NCBI GenBank assembly: GCA_037447605.1
Contig: CM074804.1
Coordinates: 1,426,001-1,490,000, forward strand
Reading direction: 5' to 3'
DNA from: Zygnema circumcarinatum SAG 698-1b
Lineage: Eukaryota; Plantae; Zygnematophyceae
Length of the DNA: 64,000 nt
The notes beneath the pieces were generated by a model. That model made no database searches. It worked only from the letters and a program-made list of their open reading frames with translations, and had not been told where the DNA came from. Shown here piece by piece: positions 62,285 through 64,000 of the stretch (its first letter is position 1; the number at the start of each line of letters is the position of its first letter). The position numbers and the translations under genes are program-made.

Positions 62285-63870
62285 ATGGAGTACTTCTCGT
62301 CGCCGCCGGGGGAGGAAGCTTCTCTTGCGGGCTCGACCCTCATTATGGTACTGCACACGGGCTTAAAAAAAAACCAGATTTTTTAGGGTTTTAGTTTTGC
62401 TTTTTGGGCCTTTGGGGGTGGTACATCATTTCATGACCTGTTTTTAAATAAGAATTGAAATAAAAATTACTTTCACCCGCTATGTACCGTCCAATAATCA
62501 TCGGAGATTTTGTCCCTGAGCCCCAACTCTATTTTTTTTCCCATCTTTAAACCTCTGCAGACTTCACTTGTAATCTAAAAAACGCATAACCTAAAACCTC
62601 ATTTAACAATCCTCCGAACCCAAGTTAGAAATCCAAAACCAAATACCAAACCCAAAAGCCCAGAAACTAAAACCCTTGCACCCCCTTGAACCCTGTTGAT
62701 CCTGACTCCTGTTGATCCTGACTCCTGTTGAACCTGAACCCTGTTGATCCTGACCCCTGTCGATCCTGAACCCTGTTGAAATTAAAAAAAAAAAAACAAC
62801 AGGGTTCAGGATCAACAAGGTTCAGGAGCAGCCCCCTTGAAGGAAGTGGGGAGGTGCAAGGGTTTAAGTTTCTGGGCTTTCTGTTGATCCTGAACCCTGT
62901 TGAGCGTGAACCCTGTTGATCCTGAACCCTGTTGATCTCTTTCGGTGGATCCAGCCGGCCGTGTCGATCGGTAATGTGGGACAGCTGGCGGTGGACCTGT
63001 TGGTGGAATCGCTTCAACTCCCCCGGATCGGTTTTTTGGAAGAGTCCCACGTGCTTCCATGTGTCGGCAACGATCCGTTCAGTTACACGGAACGGGGCAG
63101 TATGACGACGGCAATGGAAGGTCGGTAGGCTCGAAAATCTCCCTCTTTTTAATGGTCGAATGACCCTTTCAAGCTTTGAAAAAGAAGCAATTGTGGAAAT
63201 TGTGGTTCAATGCAGAAACCCTATTTTTTTTTAAACGTGGGACTCCTTTTTTCTTCTCCTTTTGAAATGCCGATTGGGGAGCAATGGCTTCTAAAGAGGA
63301 GGAGACTGAGGTTCCATGTGTCAGTTGGGGCGCAGTTTTCCGTAGTACGGAACACGGAATAGCGGTGATGCAGCAGAGAGCACCAATAGCGCAGGTAAGA
63401 CCCTCCCCTCCTTTAATGTCCTTTTTACGTCTTCTTATAGTTCAATATAATTCAATATAGCTGTTTTCTTTTGGGGGGGGGGGGGCTTTTTGAATTTAGG
63501 ATGAAAAGGGTTTTGTTTTTGAAAGTAAAACGAATAGAACTCGGTTCTTAGCTTTTCAGTTTTTAGGGCTTTTGGGTTCGAAGAGAATTTAGGGTTCTTT
63601 TTTGGAGCTCAGTGCAGTTACGTTTTCAGGATTCCTCCAATTTTGAGAAGTTGAGGGCTGACTAAAATATTTAGGTTATATCAGTACTATTATTTTGCAC
63701 TTGATTTTTTAATCAGAAATTGACGGAAAGACATTCCGGAGGGAGCCGCAGGGAAAGCTTGACGATTTTGCCAAAAATTTAGCGAAATGGGTGAAAGCGG
63801 CAGGGCCCAAAAAAGTAATTATTTTGTCGGGAGCGGATGCTGGGAAGAGAAAAGCTTCGCAAATGGAAGG
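62285..63870 (+). CDS. PSMG2: Proteasome assembly chaperone 2 (PAC2/PSMG2), 3' end beyond window
   Basis: MEYF..STLIM|PAVSIGNVGQLAVDLL..GFLEESHVLPCVGNDPF..TAME|VFRS..IAVMQQRAP|GKLDDFAKNLAKWV..KKVIILSGADA. Confidence 0.93.
62685..62935. repeat. GAACCCTGTTGATCCT minisatellite with one inverted unit, PAC2 intron 1
   Basis: About 16-nt units. Perfect 17-bp inverted pair at 62762-62778 and 62797-62813. Confidence 0.85.
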
Positions 63871-63908
63871 GTGGGTGGACACAATCACAGGCACAGAGAG
63901 GGAGGGGG

Positions 63909-63939
<31 letters not shown>

Positions 63940-64000
63940 AGAGAAGGGGATGGGAAGGGGGGGGGGGGGGGGGAAGGGGCGTTTGGGGAGATTTGATGAT

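Overview
Gene-dense, intron-rich eukaryotic nuclear DNA. GC-rich exons, TTTAGGG-like repeats, plastid transit peptides and plant-type genes suggest a green-lineage genome, probably a streptophyte alga (inference). I can build about 16 protein-coding genes by hand: an unknown membrane protein (cut by the left edge), HEMK2/N6AMT1, a rhodanese, SPATA20-like, PEAMT, tRNase Z, TTC33-like TPR protein, IspF, NDPK1, two convergent p24-beta genes, eIF3g (first part duplicated across a gap, probably artefact), a ClpS-like protein, a DUF21/CNNM-like protein lacking CBS domains, an RNF14-like RBR E3 ligase and PAC2 (cut by the right edge). No rRNA, tRNA, CRISPR or intact transposase gene was seen. Most short ORFs in the track are microsatellite artefacts. 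Best signals: (1) a 25-aa upstream ORF before PEAMT matching my recollection of the land-plant phosphocholine-responsive conserved peptide uORF; (2) three exact CCAAT-N9-CCACG (ERSE-I) elements in a tandem array upstream of it; (3) the same composite motif near several unrelated gene starts; (4) introns, and even exons, built from degenerate telomeric repeat. Six 10-N gaps and a frameshifted exon show this is a draft assembly.
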